Shown: in pieces, positions 25,197 to 39,300 of the stretch
Layout: each line of letters opens with the position of its first letter
How positions within the stretch are numbered: position 1 is the first letter of the stretch
Source: Pelomyxa schiedti
Taxonomy: Eukaryota; Protista; Evosea
Direction: 5' to 3'
Assembly: GCA_020536535.1 (NCBI GenBank)
Contig: JAHLWZ010000850.1
Span: 1-64,000, forward strand
Length of the DNA stretch: 64,000 nt
Made by a program: the position numbers and the translations under genes
Notes under the pieces: model-generated
What the model was told of the DNA's origin: nothing
What the model saw: the letters and a program-made list of their open reading frames with translations, nothing else
Databases searched by the model: none

Positions 25197-26477
25197 CTAC
25201 TCAGCCCAGCCCCATTCATCTTCTCCGAAGACACAAGTGTCCAGATACACATAGACGTGCTCACCGTGAGATGGGTCAGGGTGGACTTGGTGACGGAGAA
25301 GCCAGGTGCCGTAAATGGTATCACAAAGGTCGATTGTGTAATCGCCGGTATCAGTGTCCACTTTGAAGGCAATGAACCCGTTGCTGCATCGCACTTGCGC
25401 AGTGTCGTCGTAGTGAAAGATTCGTGTTGGGTTAGTGAGGTCCTCTGTGCTGAATAGCTTGAGGGTCCCATTGTATGTGCCACCGGCCTCTGTCGCGCCT
25501 TCCAAGAAATGCCTGGCATCAATCTTGAGTGGCTTGTACATGTTCCCTTTCAACAGTTTCCGTGATTTTGGGGTCATGCTCTTCAGTTCGCAGTATCCCG
25601 GAAGGTCTTGTCTCTTGTCGCACACAGCGGCAATAAGGCTGTTCTTGGAAGAGCTAAAGGTGGCTTGAATCTGGCGACTCCTATTCGCGGCAAAGCCAGG
25701 GACTGTTTCAACAGGCACAAATTCAGACAGCTGGTAGGCATCATTGAGGTCCACAAGCCACAGCTCTTGCTTGAACTTATAATCGTAGCCCACAGGCTGC
25801 ACTGACAGCACAGCCCTGTCGCCCTCCAGCAGCTCAATCCACCTCGCGCGTTTTTGCTGTTGCGAGCTTGTTATTGTATGGCAGGGTCCGCAGATATTGG
25901 CGCCGGCAAGAGGCCAGAGCCACACGGCCCTGTGCTCCCCGCTGGACTTCCACATGAAATAGGCAACACGCTGGTACATAAGCAGCCACTTGTCATTCCT
26001 CAGCACGCGCCACGGTAGGTTACCATATCCGCCACCCGCGTAGCCGCACATTGTGCTCCTGTCCACGTGCTCCTCGCGGTAATCCAGAGATGGCCAGTAC
26101 ATTGTCGCCAGCGTTCCCCTTTCCCACAGAAGCACGCAGTCCTCGAAGCCCGCGACGACGTTGGTGCTGGGTGGGCACTCGACTCTCCTCAGCCAAGTCA
26201 CGCCAACGGTGCACGAGACGCCAACGCACAGGAACTTGAGGGAGCCAATCTGGGCCATCGGGTGCGCCACCTTGACGCCGATTGCCACGGTTCGGCTCAC
26301 CCGCATGACCCACTGCCTGCCAATCGCGTCCACGAGCACCGGAGGCGGCAGGACGCGGGCGGGGCTGAACATACCACATCGACGGTGATGACTCAGTGCG
26401 AGTGCCACGAACTGGTCCCGTGCCCACGCAACGTGCTCGCGTACCCCACGCTCGTCTTTACTACTGGGCTTTTCCAT
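25197..26477 (-). CDS. Intronless hypothetical protein, probably from a lineage-expanded family
   Basis: Uninterrupted 436-aa ORF, GC-richer than its neighbours. N-terminal 'ARDQFVALAL..HRRCG..SPARVL' motif and beta-rich C-terminus. Confidence 0.7.
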   Translation of the reverse strand: MEKPSSKDERGVREHVAWARDQFVALALSHHRRCGMFSPARVLPPPVLVDAIGRQWVMRVSRTVAIGVKVAHPMAQIGSLKFLCVGVSCTVGVTWLRRVECPPSTNVVAGFEDCVLLWERGTLATMYWPSLDYREEHVDRSTMCGYAGGGYGNLPWRVLRNDKWLLMYQRVAYFMWKSSGEHRAVWLWPLAGANICGPCHTITSSQQQKRARWIELLEGDRAVLSVQPVGYDYKFKQELWLVDLNDAYQLSEFVPVETVPGFAANRSRQIQATFSSSKNSLIAAVCDKRQDLPGYCELKSMTPKSRKLLKGNMYKPLKIDARHFLEGATEAGGTYNGTLKLFSTEDLTNPTRIFHYDDTAQVRCSNGFIAFKVDTDTGDYTIDLCDTIYGTWLLRHQVHPDPSHGEHVYVYLDTCVFGEDEWGWAE

Positions 26478-26688
26478 TCGCGAGTCATGGACCCACCCAA
26501 TTGCCAAAAGGCATTGGCGGCAAATAAGACAAAGAGAACTTGGTTTTCTCGACCGGATTCTCTATTTCCAGTCAAAACAAACAATAACCACAGGTGGTCA
26601 CACCAACAAAGAACCCTTTGGGGAGGGTAGTGACATAATGTCAATGTCGGTGTCAGTATTGGCTCAGAGTAGATAGAAGGGGAACTTT

Positions 26689-29600
26689 TCAGGGCAGAGG
26701 CGTGCCAAGATAGCGAGCAATGTAGTTTGCCATCATGCGGTACAGGTGCTCACGTCCATTGTTGCCACTTATGCTGTGGTCACGATTGACATAGAACATG
26801 GTGTCAAACTGGATGTTGTTTTCAACTAGGAGCTCATTGAGGTCGCACGTGTTCATGAATTGAACGTTATCATCGGCTGGGAGAGTCCGTGGTGACAAAG
26901 TGAGGGAAAAGAGGTGGGGCAGTACCTGTTCCGTGTACAAGAAGGAAGTGACTTTTCATTTTACTTGCTTGGTATAAGACTGATGTAGCTTCATAACCGA
27001 CGGGGTTAGTCTTAGGGTCTTGCATATACCTCTCAGTATAGATCGAGTCTTTAGTTTCAATAAACGAACGAGTAGAAAATTAACCAAACAAGTACCATAC
27101 AAAGCCCAATCTGTGACAGGAGCAACAGATATTCCAATATCAAACGGGGACGAAGCCCCATTTGCCATGACCAAAGCCGTGACATATCCTCCAAATGACC
27201 ATCCCCATATACCTTGTTTTGTTTTGAACAGCAGAGGACACTATAAAGTAACCTATATTTTTGTCGTCGATATAGTCATAATAAGTCTTCAGGTAACTGG
27301 AGAAAGAATTAAATGAGAGGGTGTTAGTAGTGCTACTACTTGGCAGAGTCTATCTGATCGTCGCATGCATAAAGTCCCATATCCAAACTTCAAGGCAGAC
27401 TTTAGGGGGGTGAAGTGGTGACAGGAAAGTACTAGATTTGCTTCATGAAATCATCCCCACGGTATCCTGTTCCCCTGCCATCCACTGATCCTACAACATA
27501 TCTATAATAAAAGGGCTAAGTTGACTGTTGCAAGGAAAGAGGTTTTACCCATTAGATGCGAGATAGATAAGGAAGTTGTCGGTCAGATATTGCTGAGTTA
27601 CCATCTGGGATCCTGGTCCTCCATATACCTTCATGAAAAGTGGATACTGTCCAAATTCATCGAACTCGGGAGGCTGCAGGAGGTAACCATTGAAGTCTAA
27701 AAGGTAGATAAGGAAAATTGAGACACACAATAAAGAAAGACCTCCTTTTGAGGTTGGTACTGTGACAAATTTACGAGCTGGCATTTGGTATTCACTAAGT
27801 AAAGTTTTGAGGTAGTTATTATCCTCAAGTTCGCGAACTACGGCTAAAAAGCAATTTAGATGGAGAAAAGCAAACTAAGAAATAATACTAAAGTCGGTAG
27901 TGCGCACTAAAGCTTGCTCAGGGACTGATGGTCCGTCACGATAAAGAACATACCAGTCACCATTGGGGGAGACGGAAGCAGAGTTCCTAATACAGCTAAG
28001 TATATAACTACAGAGACACGTTGGATACCATAGCCAAGGAGTGTTAGTTAAGCAAGTCTTTTCCCCGTCCATGGTAGTGGCATAGAGGTGTCGCTGTGTG
28101 GCATCGGGTTTTGCAATAAGATAAAATCTTGATTCTTTAGTAACAAGGAAAACAAGCAGAAAAAGTACAGTTGGTTTTTAGAGTCACTCCAGCCGAGAAT
28201 TTCTGCCACAACATAGTTTTCTGTTGTTAAGTAGGACATCTTGAGATTTCATGTTAATCAACTGGGGAAGGGATACTTTTGAAAAAAATGTGCAGAGAGA
28301 AATGTACACACAAAATGACCACTCGTGTGTCTCATGGCAATTTGAGCGTACCCATTCGTGTCACTCTCTATGTCAACAAATATATCAGTATTCTTTAGGA
28401 AAAAAAGAGGATTTTGGTCCTGTAATTTGTGAGGAAGATGAAGAGTGATAGTTAAACTCTACCTCTTCAATCCAGTATGTATCAGTTCGCTCATACAATA
28501 AGATTGAGGAATCGGTTATTACATCATAGCTGTAAGTCTGCTGGTTTTGCTGGAATCTATCGAGTACACGGTAAAAAAGTGATGTTTCATTACTCCATGC
28601 GGCATATGAAATGATGTTAGTAGACGTGGCTAAAGTCTTCTACAATGTAAGAAAGATTGAAAATTGGGTTTGGAATAGACACACCGCTTCGATTGATATC
28701 AAAGAAAGTAAGTCATAGATGACAATTTCAACAGATGGATTGTTTGTCCCAGGCTAATGAACAAATGAATAAAGGTGCGAAATATCACTGTTACCCTGGG
28801 ATATCTGATTTGTCTCTGGGATGTATACTGCTGTGCGGAACTTAGTGGGTAAAAGTCAGCTTCAATTGAAAAAATTAGCAGGACAAAAACAGAAATGTGA
28901 GTTACGTATTGGGTAGATTGGAAATTCGGAGAGTGGGACCGCCGATTCATTGGTTCTAAAAAATACGTGAGAACATAAATTTACACTGTTATTACCTCAA
29001 AAACGCAAGATAGTTGCCGGCTGGATTCCACCTTCATCACTTTGAGGAATAAAGTTGAGACATTCTAATAATCATACCAGAAAACGCACGATGAGCCAAA
29101 TACTTCTTCTTCATACACCCAACCATTTACGCCATTGAGAATGGCACCTTCTTCAGACCCATCTGTGGTTATCTGGGTACTCACTTCACTATCAGCATCA
29201 AAAATAAAAATATCACGGTTTTGTGTGTAGGCCTAATACCAGTATTAGTGGTGAAATAGGGTGTCATCTGCCAACCAAAACGTGAGTTGCTGGGGACCAA
29301 TAGGCACATGTAACTTCACTGGCATCGCCAACAAATAGTAGTTGTTTGGAGGTAACCGTATAAACAGCTAGAGTGGACTTAATAGAATGTCTCCACAGCT
29401 GCCACAAATTACCCACGATTTACGAGGATAAGTAATTTACTTTAACTGGATTCAATAACAGAGCAATATAGACCTCATCAAAAGACACGTAGTATGCATA
29501 AACGGTTGGGTCGTCTAGGCCAGTTAACTGAGAACCTTAGGCAAGGTATTCATTTTAAAGAGAATGTCACCTGCCCAAGAGAGTGTCCATCAAGCAGTAC

Positions 29601-30140
29601 ATTAGTGCTACCGTCAGCACATGTTGTCGCAATAACGGACTGGTTTCTATCCATAGTGTAATATGAATTACCTTGGTTATCAATAAAAACAGTAAAAAGA
29701 GGAGAAGTTGGTCTACCATCTGAACTCCATGAAACTTCAACCTATTGGTATTGAGAAGGGAAGGTACAGTGGTTCTCTTACCTTGTTCGGAGTGAAAGAG
29801 GTGTTGAAAATGTCATTGAAGCTGAATGTCTTAAGGGTAGCCGGTTCATTGGGATCGAACTCCATTACAATGACAACCACTATCATGGTAAGCACCACCA
29901 AGAACAACAGCACTCCTAAAAACACCAGCACTTGTTGCTTTTTTTTCTGGGCATAAAAATCAGTACGAACGAATCTGGGGGAAAAACCCATACAGAAACG
30001 TGACACGACAAGCTGGACTTATGGTGCTTGTGCTTTTTTTTGTGTTTGTCGCGGCGACCATCCGTCGAAGAGGCGGTCGACCGTGTCTCAGACGATGGAG
30101 GAGACAACAAGTTGGATTTCTCTTGTGATTGTGTCGACAT
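26689..30140 (-). CDS. Dipeptidyl peptidase IV family (S9B), type II membrane protein
   Basis: N-terminal TM 'VLVFLGVLLFLVVLTMIVVVIV', 'LNGVNGWVYEEEV', 'VYGGPGSQ', 'VDGRGTGYRG', nucleophile motif 'GWSFGG', 'DDNVQF', 'DHSI'. Confidence 0.93.
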
Positions 30141-30366
30141 CCTAACGCAACGGCGAGATCTTACGCCCTCTCGGTCTGGGGTTTTTTTTTTCTTTTGGAT
30201 CCAAAATTTTACTGGGCATCACTGCGTTCGGTGAACGCCAATTTCTCAGCAAAGGTCGGTAACGGCCAGGTACGGTGAAAAAAGGAATAAAGGATTGATT
30301 GAGGGGAAAAAAAAGACTATTGGAATATCATAACAATAAAAAACAAAATTCGCGGGGTGGTTGGCC

Positions 30367-33300
30367 TCAGCTCTTTCCTCCAGCGGTGGCGTATTGTCCT
30401 TTTCTGGCCTAAGTGTGGCTTAGTATTTGGTTTGGTAAATAGATTGGGTGGGGATTTTACCCTGAGCATCTCGTTTCTTGTCTTGCGCAGTTGCTCCTCG
30501 AGCTGTTGCATCTGAATCTGCATCTCAATTTCACGGTTGCGGGCTGCCACGAACGAGAGGCCACTTCCACCCTAGTCAGAGACTTAGAAAGTCGCACCAC
30601 CCATAATAACAAAATATAAGGCACACACCGTGCTTCCTTCGTCGTCCTCCGGTGGTGTAAGTGCCTTCTTTGCAGATGACACCAGCTGAACAGTGGTATT
30701 GACGACGGACTTGGCTGCGGCAGACAAGGATTGTTGGTCCTGTGCGTGAGATTATTACAAGTTCCAGGGGGGATCTTCGCGTTCCGCGGGAAAAAAAAAA
30801 ATACCTTGCTGTTGAGATCGTCAGCCTTGACCCTGGAAGCAGTCACCAATTGGGTTGTGGCTGCGACGACTGCGCGAGTTGTTGCAATTAGCTCTTCCTC
30901 GACTGGCTTGGATTTATTTGCAGCTCCGATGAGTTCTTGTACTGCCCTGACTACTTTCTGTAGTAGTTTTAGTGGGGTGGGAAGCTTAGTAGTTAACTAG
31001 TCACTGAACCTGAGCACAAGAAATGAGACCGTTAGACCATGTTGGATCTGCACGGTACTTTACGCTGGCCGATTTAAGGTTTTGTACTCGAGCACTCTGC
31101 AGACATAACGTCACGCAAGGTCACAGTGAAGTAATTACAACTAACCTGGGAGGTTGCAGCATTGCGGACAAGATCAGTGCAGGAAACGGCAATAGCGTGT
31201 GCACCTTCCATGATAATGGCATTTATTTCAGCTTCATCAAGCTTGACACCCTGGCTGAAAGTAAGTGATAAGCCTTTACTCCAGGGCTCGTACTCCTTTC
31301 TTCACTATTACAGGCCTAGAGGCCAACAATTTCTCAGCTGCCTCCGATATCACCTGAGCACAGCGAGTCAACTCACTACGGCTGTTAGGTGACAAAAGAA
31401 ATACGAAGTAGACTCACTTCTCTGCAATGGTCTCCATATCTGCTGCTTCTTTCTCCTCTTCTTCAATGGAAAGATTCTCACCACCGGGGTATTGCCTTAT
31501 CGCTTGTTCAATACTTTGTAGGGATTTGACCAGAGAGATCGAGTTTTGCTCAAGCTAGGGAAAGGTGAGATGGCTTGGCAAAAGATGTCAACGTACAGTA
31601 GCCTTTTTAGCGGACTTCTCGTTTTCGGTGCAGACAACCATCTGAGCACCACTAGAGAGAACAACTTGTACCTGTCGCACTGTCTCTAGAACAGCAGCAT
31701 CCAACTTGGCAGCAACACCAGGAGGTGGTGATAGCCGATGAACACCCTGATGCCCAATAAGATCACACAAGGTTGAAAAGGAGAAGTAAACCTTGGCGTC
31801 CTTGAGAATATTTGTGGCAGCAGCAGATAAGAAGCCAGCCGCACGTCCAACCTCGTCCTGATCGTTTGCAGTGATACCAGACTGTAACGTGGAACAAGCG
31901 GCTAAAATACGGGTTAAGTACATATTGTATGGGTAATTTACGTACCAATAATGTTTCGGGCATCGTCTACTACATTCTTGGGTTGAGATTCTGTGTTACC
32001 ATCCAAGGTCGTGTATCTGAAAATGTATGAGAAAACTCAATGTTTGTTCAGAAATACCTTGAAGCTAGGTTTGAAACTGTTGCGCGGGCAGTTTCGAGGT
32101 TTCGGGATCCACGCGCAAGGTCACCCAAAGCAGTTGTTGCAATTCGAAGAAGTTGTTCTGCAGTTTGTTGAGTAAGTCCCAAAACAAATGGGAAAGAGGT
32201 GTACGTATAGTATCAGTAACTTGCTGGTTACACAGTCCTAGGTTGTCCAGCGATGCGGTATTTTTGAGTCTTTGAGCATCTCTACCAGTGAGTGCCAGAG
32301 CCTGACAGGCAATGCACACAGATTTCCCAGCCCCAACCAATTCCTGTTGAGAAACCATGTCTCTGTAATTGAAAGAAGGGATAAGCAAGTTTTTCTTCAA
32401 GAGAAATGAAGTCACTTGATGTGGCAAGCGGCCCCAATGGTTTCTTTCGAGAATTGAACAAAGGCCTGGGCTAAGGCATTGCAAGCCTCACCAAGAGCAA
32501 CATCCGTAAGCTTACTGGAATCAATTAACCTAGCTCGGGCTGCCATCAACGTTCTTGCGGCATTGTGTAAATCAACAACCTGTGGAGGAATTTGAGGAGC
32601 AGAGGATGGGGTTCCCGGAGGAGACGGTGCTGAAGTTGGGGGTGGTCCACGAGCCGGAGTTGCAGTTGCTGGCGTAATTCCCATTGTAGCTTCATCTAAT
32701 TGGCCAGCAGAAGCAAATAGAGCAGCTCGGTCCAATTGAGCAAGAGTTGTTTTGAGAAGTTCCAGAGCTTCCTCGAATATAGCCTCACCTTTAGCACCTT
32801 TTTTGGCAGCCTGCAGAAGAGCGGCCGTCGTTGTGGCAAGCTGCTTAAATGTTTCGTTCACTTTGCTAAGGAGGGTTGCATTTTTGGGGTCCATCATCAT
32901 TTCCTGCAGAGGAGTTAGGGCAAACTTGAGCGAAAGCAAAAGGAAAAAGCACACCTGAACAGTCTGTAGGATTGAGTGAGCAGACGAGATAAGTGCGGCT
33001 GTTTGGGACTTAATTTCTTGGGCAATTGCTGGTTCTGGAGCCAGTGCAGAGGCCTGTTTACTGTGCGACACCAAAACAGAGCACATATCGGCTACTGCTT
33101 TTACAGTATTTCCCATCTAAGGTACATAAATAACAAAGAAAGAAAAAAACCCAACAAACCTGAACAAGATTGGTCTTATCAGAAGCAATAAGGGTTTTTA
33201 CAGCGGCAGTGATGTTTTTACATGTGTTTGTGATCTCATCTTTGCTTGTCTGGTAACTGGCATTCTCTGGAAGGGCAACTGGTGCGGAGCTATTGCTATC

Positions 33301-36300
33301 GGCCATCGCCCTTGAAGTGGTTAGTTGCCTTCTTGTTATTGTAACCAGACATGCCTTTCAACGACTTTCAAAGCTTCATCAACCTCCTGATGCATTGAAG
33401 CGCCCGCAGATAATTTGGAGGCCAGAGCACCAATTGCGGCCGTAGCTGCTTCACTTGCGGTATGGACTGCCTGCAGAAAGAAGATTACGGTTAAAATTTT
33501 AGGATGAAGGCTTCGCGGACTTGTAAAGACTCGACGGATGGGTTACAGGCAGACGTGAAAGCATGTTGCACAAGCTGCAAAGAAGACTCCGCAAGTAGTT
33601 GAGCATTGCTTACAAGTTCCGCTTGGAGGTCGGGGTCGGGAGAGGTTGAGGCTGCCTGAATTGCTAGTGTACAAGCTTTCTTGACTGCAATTGATGTTAA
33701 TAAAGAGATGTTGGGGAGTAAGGAAACAACCTGCTGTAGTACACTCCTGAGCAGCACTTGCTGCAGCGCCTGAAGTAAAGCGGGCAGCAGCTTCAACTTG
33801 GCCAATCGAGTTCATAACTACTTTGGCTTGCTGCACCAGCATTTCCTGGGGGGGGGGGGGAAGATTAAATAAAGAGTTGAGGAACACAACCGCACCTGCA
33901 GTTTTTGGTGGGGGGTGTCAGCTGGTGTATCTCCCAACGTGCCCACAGCCACAGCCATTGATGCTGAGGCCACTTCACCTATCACGGCTCGTAAACTCTC
34001 ATTGCAATTCTCTACTGTGTCAGCACCAGCAATGGCACTACTTGCTGTAAAATAGGTGAGATGGAAGTATGACCTAACTATAAAAAAGGGCTTACCAAGT
34101 TTCATAAATTTCTTGACTGCTTCACTGACTACCAAGCCATTCTCCGTCAAAGTGGCAATTTGTTCTTTATCCCCGGGCTTGGCTGAAACGGACATGGAAC
34201 TGAAAACGAGTTGGGTGGTGGCTCCACACAATTCTTTAACAGCGGCCACCATCTTCTCACTCTTGTCTGCTGCGAGGGCTTCACTGTAGAAAGATTAATA
34301 TGATAAAAAAGGGAAAAAAAAATGAACCTGGACTGTGATGTGTGCACAGTAAATTCACCGATCAATTTTTCAGCAGCATCAAGGAATTCATCACCAACTT
34401 GCTTCAACTGATTCTTACCATCTGGAGAACCAGAAGCAGCAAGCTAATAAGGATGTTAACACAAGAGAGGGGAGTGTTCCAAACCTTGGTCACGTGTGCA
34501 ATTTTTGCAAGTCCTTTATTGAGGTTGCCTGCTCGGTGTTGGAGGGCAGTGAGTTTTTCTGCATTGGCAGTCTTCTCAGCCTCTCTGTGTGAGTTTAGTA
34601 ACCATAGCGTCTCCCATAGAACAGTACTTTTCAAAAGTGAGCAACACATTCATGGCTTTCTGGATTCCTTGCACAGCAGCAACCATTTGTTGAGGGGCAT
34701 CTTTGGCTTCAACAAGTTTAGCTATAGACTGCTTCAGCTGAGAGAGTGGCCCAACAAGATTCTCTGGAATTCGATTTTCCTTCACGGGGTGAGTGTTAGG
34801 CTGCTCAAAGATGGAAAAACCTCTGGTGCTATCATTGCCCTTGCAACATCAACTATCTGCCGAACATTGTCAGCAGCAGCTCTAGCGTGAGCTGTCATGG
34901 CACCTTGGTTTTTTTATTATTCAATGGGAAAAAGTAGCACTATGAAAAACCTGGGGCTGTTCGGGATTTGGAAACAATCGCTACAGTATTCTCGGTCAAG
35001 CTCCTGGTAATAGGGGCGAAGTCGCGCACTGCAGCGGAGGGAGATATATGTGTTACACCAGAAAAGTTTGTTAGGTCTTGTGAAGATTCGCTAATAACCT
35101 GGACAAGTGTTAAAATAGAAATGGCCTGTGAGCCCTAACCTCAAGAGCTTCCTCACAATCTCGGTTAGATACAGCACCAAATGTGCGCATAAGTTTGTTG
35201 AGAGAGTTCGCCACGGCCTTGGAGGCATCCAAAAGGGAACTGAGTAGATTTCAATTTAATTGAAAGGTGTGAGTAGGGAACTGACGTATCAACAGCACTT
35301 TTTCCCGTCTGTTTTCTAGCAACAGCAAGAGCAGTTCCATATTGATTTAGGAGGTTACGTGTGTTCTTAATGATTTCTTCTTGCGCCTTGGGATTGTCAG
35401 TAGCACCAGCTTAAGAAGCATTAACAAATATGAACACCCCCATATGTATACCAGCAATATTTGTGGCCTCAACAAGGGAAGGAACAGTACTGGACATTAC
35501 TTGAACGGCTGCTCCCACCCCACCTGGATTGGTTTGAACTAAAGTGGCAACCTAACAAAATGAGCAACAAAGCCAGGTATTTACATAAATAAAACCTGAC
35601 TGACTCCAGCACTTAAGGCTTTTGCACAATTTGTAACCCTCTCAATCGCAGTGGCAAGAGGGACAGTCACCCCAGTAGCTGGCTTGAGAAGGGCCATTTG
35701 TGCTTTCACTACATTGATAGCTTCGTCAATTTCGTGCAAGTTGGCCTAAAAAAATGAGAAATTGTGTAAACTAAGAATACAACATCGGTGGCTGTAAGTT
35801 CAGCAAGAGAAGCTTTCACACGTTCTAAGGAGCTTTCCAGAGCAGCAATACCTTCGGCTGTTGGACGAACAACCACTGTTGTGGCAGTATTGAATAGATC
35901 TGAGAGGTTTTAGATCAAAAAAAAAAAATTTCAGACTGAACCTGTGGTTGCTTGACTCAGTGATTTGGCAGCAAGGGTGAGCCTCAACTGCTGTTGTTTA
36001 TCAGCAATTGTTGGTACGAGAGCTTTTATTGCTGTTATGACTTGTACTGTGCTGTTTGCAGCTGCTCGCGACCGGGCAGCCAACTAGTAACGTGAATTAA
36101 AAACCTCTTAATCTACAAATTTTCCATAACGCACCATTCTTGGCTCGTTCTGTGCTGAAGTTGCAACAAAAGAGGCCTCATTTGAAAGTGTTTTCGCGGA
36201 CAAAGTCAGAAGGGCCATTGCATCTTCATTGGCATGTCTGTCAGTGATCTTTGTAAGGGTCCCATTTTGGACCGAGGCCAGCAAACCATCCAAGTCGTTG

Positions 36301-39300
36301 CCAGTGGAGGCAAGTTGCTCAGTCACTTCTTCTACTGCAGTTTGTCCGGTGAGGTCCTTGAATGCCTGTGTTGCTTTCATCAGGGCTTGAGCTGCTTGTT
36401 TTGCCCTAATTCGGAAGAGGTTGTGTCAGAAAGTAGATCGTTGGACTAAACGAAACAAACTTTTCGGACTGGTGAATTAGATCTTGTTTGGCAGTAAAGT
36501 TTTTAATCTTTGGTGCAGCTTTCAAAGCAGCCACAACCATCGTCATTGTTGGAATGCAGCTCTTTTGTGAGGCTGCTAGGACTTTTTGTTGCACTGGCAA
36601 TGAAAAGGGGTCTTTAACTGAGGCCTATCACTAGATTAGAAAGGCTGTAAAGACAGCTGTTCTACCAGAGTTGCATCAAGAAGTTCAGTGGTAGTGGCAG
36701 ATAGTGCATTGGCAGGCTTCATGAGAAGCGCTCGTTGTGATTCAGGAAGATACTTTGCACATGTCTTGGCTGCTGAAATCAAACACAAAGAGCTTTCTAT
36801 AAGCCCCTACGGTGTGGTAAATGATAAGGAAGTTGTATGCTGATTGCCGCCAGCTTACTTTGGAAAAGCCACGAAGATTTGAACCAGCAGCAAGACCGCC
36901 AGCAAGGGTGGCCATGTCCTGTGTCGAGGCTTGAAGATTCATAGCAATTGTCATAATTGCCTCCTGTTTTGCTTTGTCATCTGGATTGTCAGCACATTCC
37001 TGGCAGGAAGCATACAGTTCTAAAATGTGAAGATTTTTGTGAGTGCGGCTAGAGACCAACAAAAACAAACTGTTGAACATGTCTGACACATTTCGGATTG
37101 CTGTTTCTAACTTCAATCGTAGTTCTGGATCTTTTACACTGCCAGCAATGTTTTTCCCACTGGCAACGACTTTGTTGACTGATGCTCCCACAGACTTGAG
37201 AGCAACATCCATCGTTGCACGACTTCCTAGTCCATCCCTGGTTTGGCGCATCAGAGATTAATACCGCAAATGTTGAGTTATCTTACTTCAGAGCTTGAAA
37301 AGGGGTATTCATTTCAGTGAAGGCTTCAGCGAAAGTGTTCACGAATTCCGGGTTTGTGGTACCAACTGGTTCGGCGCAGGCCGTAGCTTGGAGAAGTCCA
37401 TTAAGTGATTGCAGAAGTGCCTGCACTGAGATGAAGAAAAAAAAAAGTAATGCATTGGTACCTGTGCTTGTTGTTGGACAGCAGAACTGGGGTCAAGTCC
37501 CATTGTATTGCAAAGTTCAAGAAGTAAGTTAATGTCCTTCCTTATTGGGTCTACTGAGTCGGTGATCTAAAAAAAGTTCAACAAAAAAGCCTACACTTCA
37601 CTTGGTGTAACCTGCGCCCTGCATATGGGGGCAAGAATTGCTGACCCAAATGTTTCTATTGCTGTTTGAGCGCTTATGGTTGCTTTTTTAATGCCCTCTA
37701 TGCGTTCCAAGAGGGCAGTCCTTTTTGCAGCATCTGCGGTATTGATCGTTTCAACTGTAGCAGCATCAAGCAGTTGATTGGATCCGTCCACTAGAGTCTA
37801 CTAAAGTTATCCAAACAACAAGCGAAAATGCTAACACCTGTCCATATTCAGTCAGAAGGCCAAGGGACTGACCGTCAACAACACCTTTGCCACTAGGGAG
37901 GGTTGGAAGCCAATATTCAATGAATGAAGAACACACGAAATAGCTGCATTCATGTAGGCAACAGCGGCATTGTATTTTGCTTGTGCAATTTTCATGGCGT
38001 TCATATGTTCTGCCCCTATGGCTTGTCCTTCATTGCATTCTTCGGCAACTGACAGAATTCTGGAGAGTGTAAGGCAGAGCAAGTGCTAATTGACGTACCC
38101 AGCCATAGCAGAGGTAACAAGCTTAGAAGCTTCCAATAAGGATACTGGGCTGTTGCCTTCAGGAATTGCGAATTTTGCTGAGGAACCCATTTCATTAGCA
38201 TGAACCATGATTTGTTTCACAGTGGGTAACAGTGCTTCACGAGAAACAGGTTTCGTTGTCATAAGCTGGCCGGGCTTAGTCGCGTAGTAATGTAGAATTG
38301 GGTCACCTTCATTAAATCTTCAACTGTTCCCCCAAGGGACTGAAATGAGGTTCCAAGTTGACTTCTCCACTTCTCTGGGGTCAAGCCACTTATGTTTTTT
38401 TAAAAAAAAAAAGACAGTAGAACTTCGGGGAACCTGACTCGAGTGGCTGGGGAAGGGCTTGCTGCAAGATCCTCTACCAGTGCTGTAAGTGCCTTCCTAG
38501 CTGACGGCAAGTCCTGGGACGGAACAGGCGGAAGAGCGGATAATTGAGCTGCCGAAGCTACAACCTTCTTGCCACTTTTTTTGGTAAAAAGGGTGCTCTA
38601 CGATTTTACAACACACACCCAGTGTTAGGGTCAAATGAACCAGCAGTGTTGTATATAAGCCTAGATGAACCCTGTTTCTTCTTGCCAACTTGGTACATCA
38701 CTGGTAAAGCCGACGCTTCAGCTTGCTGTACTTCAGGACCAGGTTCTTCAACAGCCTTTTCTGTGGACAGGTACCCCCTATTGAGCAAAGTCTTCGAAGC
38801 GTCAACCAAATTTACCTCGGCGTGCTTTCAGGGCAATATCCACATAACCAGCGAGAAGGGAATTAATGTCTTTTGCACATGGAGAATCGAACTTCATCAA
38901 CTGTGTGTCGTACTCTCCAAAATCCAAAGTGCATGTTCGGTCTGTTCCACCCCAACGCTTTATATGGTTAAGGTGGTTCCCTTTGATCACTTCCTACAGA
39001 ATATTAAACAGGAAAACTGAGGGGGTGAATACAAAGGTCTCTGGGTTCATAATCTGAATTGCGTCCCTTTTAATTCCCAGGGCAAATTCCTTAAGATTCA
39101 TCTGTAGAAATACCTTCGTTTAAAAAACAAAACATGAAAAAAAGGTAACTTACACAAATAGGGAAAATTGTGAGACCGTAAGTCTTCAAAGACCGTGCAA
39201 GCTGAATATACCGAAATTTGGCTTGCACCTCTTCAACACCACGAACTTGTTTGTACTGCAGGAAAACCTCATCCCCTATCTTCTTTGTCTTTTGCCAGCG

